64,000 bases of DNA from an uncultured Alphaproteobacteria bacterium (GTDB lineage: Bacteria > Pseudomonadota > Alphaproteobacteria > RF32 > CAG-239), in assembly GCA_944391345.1 (NCBI GenBank), contig CALXTE010000008.1, positions 2,374-66,373 on the forward strand, read 5' to 3'. A model generated the notes under the pieces. That model was not told the origin of the DNA. It saw only the letters and a list, made by a program, of their open reading frames with translations, and did no database searches. Every line of letters starts with the position of its first letter. Positions within the stretch are counted from its first letter, which is position 1. The translations under genes and the position numbers were made by a program. Below are positions 63,166 through 64,000 of the stretch, piece by piece.

Positions 63166-63196
63166 GAATAAACAAACAACATTTTTTTATTAAAGC

Positions 63197-63228
63197 AAGG
63201 CCTTGAAATCTAGTTATTTCAAGGCCTT
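63197..63228. promoter_or_regulatory. Palindrome in the cas2-array interval (leader/terminator)
   Basis: aaggccttgaaat-ctagtt-atttcaaggcctt. Confidence 0.55.
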
Positions 63229-63240
63229 GTGCTATCACAT

Positions 63241-64000
63241 AGCATATCAGAGATTAATTAGACGGTCAACTATAACACAGCTGACACTATCCGTCCTGAA
63301 ATGGATAGCATATCAGAGATTAATTAGACGGTCAACTATAACCGTTTTCGCGCACTATTCTTTGACATTTTTAGCATATCAGAGATTAATTAGACGGTCA
63401 ACTATAACGATAATTCACTGTTAATATTAATAACATTTAGCATATCAGAGATTAATTAGACGGTCAACTATAACCCTCTGCGCCAATTTGCTCAATCGCC
63501 GAAGAGCATATCAGAGATTAATTAGACGGTCAACTATAACCGCCGTTTCATACTGCCCGCCCAGCTTTCAAGCATATCAGAGATTAATTAGACGGTCAAC
63601 TATAACTGCCAAAGTCAAAGAATCCTCAGCCAATTCAGCATATCAGAGATTAATTAGACGGTCAACTATAACCTTTGCGTTTACCAGCGCCGGCCGGAGC
63701 AGAGCATATCAGAGATTAATTAGACGGTCAACTATAACTTCATGTTTTGACTCCTCAAAATAAATTGTAGCATATCAGAGATTAATTAGACGGTCAACTA
63801 TAACGCAATTGCTGAAGTGTATGTCTTGCCATTGAGCATATCAGAGATTAATTAGACGGTCAACTATAACTTATTGTGCTAATGGCCAAGGTCATGCATG
63901 AGCATATCAGAGATTAATTAGACGGTCAACTATAACACCTGATTAACTGATTTTTTCATGTTCTTAAGCATATCAGAGATTAATTAGACGGTCAACTATA
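63241..64000 (-). CRISPR. CRISPR array: 12 repeats (last cut by the window edge), 11 spacers
   Basis: 36-nt repeat GTTATAGTTGACCGTCTAATTAATCTCTGATATGCT (minus strand), all spacers 30 nt, period 66; orientation set by tracrRNA pairing. Confidence 0.99.

Larger units (their letters stand above)
52420..64000. mobile_element. tRNA-fMet-integrated satellite/IME-like island (right end outside the window)
   Basis: Composition shift to AT-richer DNA, arm-like repeats, AlpA-like gene, Prim-Pol-DUF3987, tyrosine recombinases, CRISPR cargo; whether the CRISPR locus lies inside the island is inferred. Confidence 0.7.

Noticed and set aside
63203-63763. ORFs 63203-63424 and 63488-63763 with repeating AYQRLIRRSTIT
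   Set aside because: Translation of the 66-bp CRISPR period, not genes
63277-63966. Self-targeting spacers
   Set aside because: No match noticed by eye within the window; a real alignment is needed

Overview
A chromosomal window whose gene orders (miaB-phoH-ybeY-corC-lnt-XRE, yggT-DUF167-folD, DUF1150) point to an alphaproteobacterium, probably a host- or gut-associated Rhodospirillales-like lineage (inference). About 1-52.4 kb is core genome: htpG, groES/EL, infA, lepA, tolB, a cdd-PNP-deoC-deoA-deoB-pgeF nucleoside operon, an AsmA protein, galU, trmB, mutY and tRNA-Gly, -Ser and -fMet. Two non-coding systems are embedded in it. The first is a modular family of ~125-bp Rickettsia-RPE-like palindromic elements. 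The second is two copies of a C4-antisense-like RNA / target / terminator / XRE-HTH cassette whose pairing sequences have co-varied between copies. Two unrelated orphan proteins share a C-terminal RLA[EQ]LSGR motif. From the 3' end of tRNA-fMet (52.4 kb) an AT-richer integrated element runs to the window edge. It carries an AlpA-like gene, a Prim-Pol/DUF3987 replicase, two head-to-head paralogous minimal tyrosine recombinases around a loxP-like symmetric site, a nonsense-split WG-repeat gene, and a type II-C-like CRISPR locus (tracrRNA, cas9 overlapping cas2, no cas1 in the window, at least 12 identical repeats). All product calls come from recognising motifs by eye; no database searches were run.
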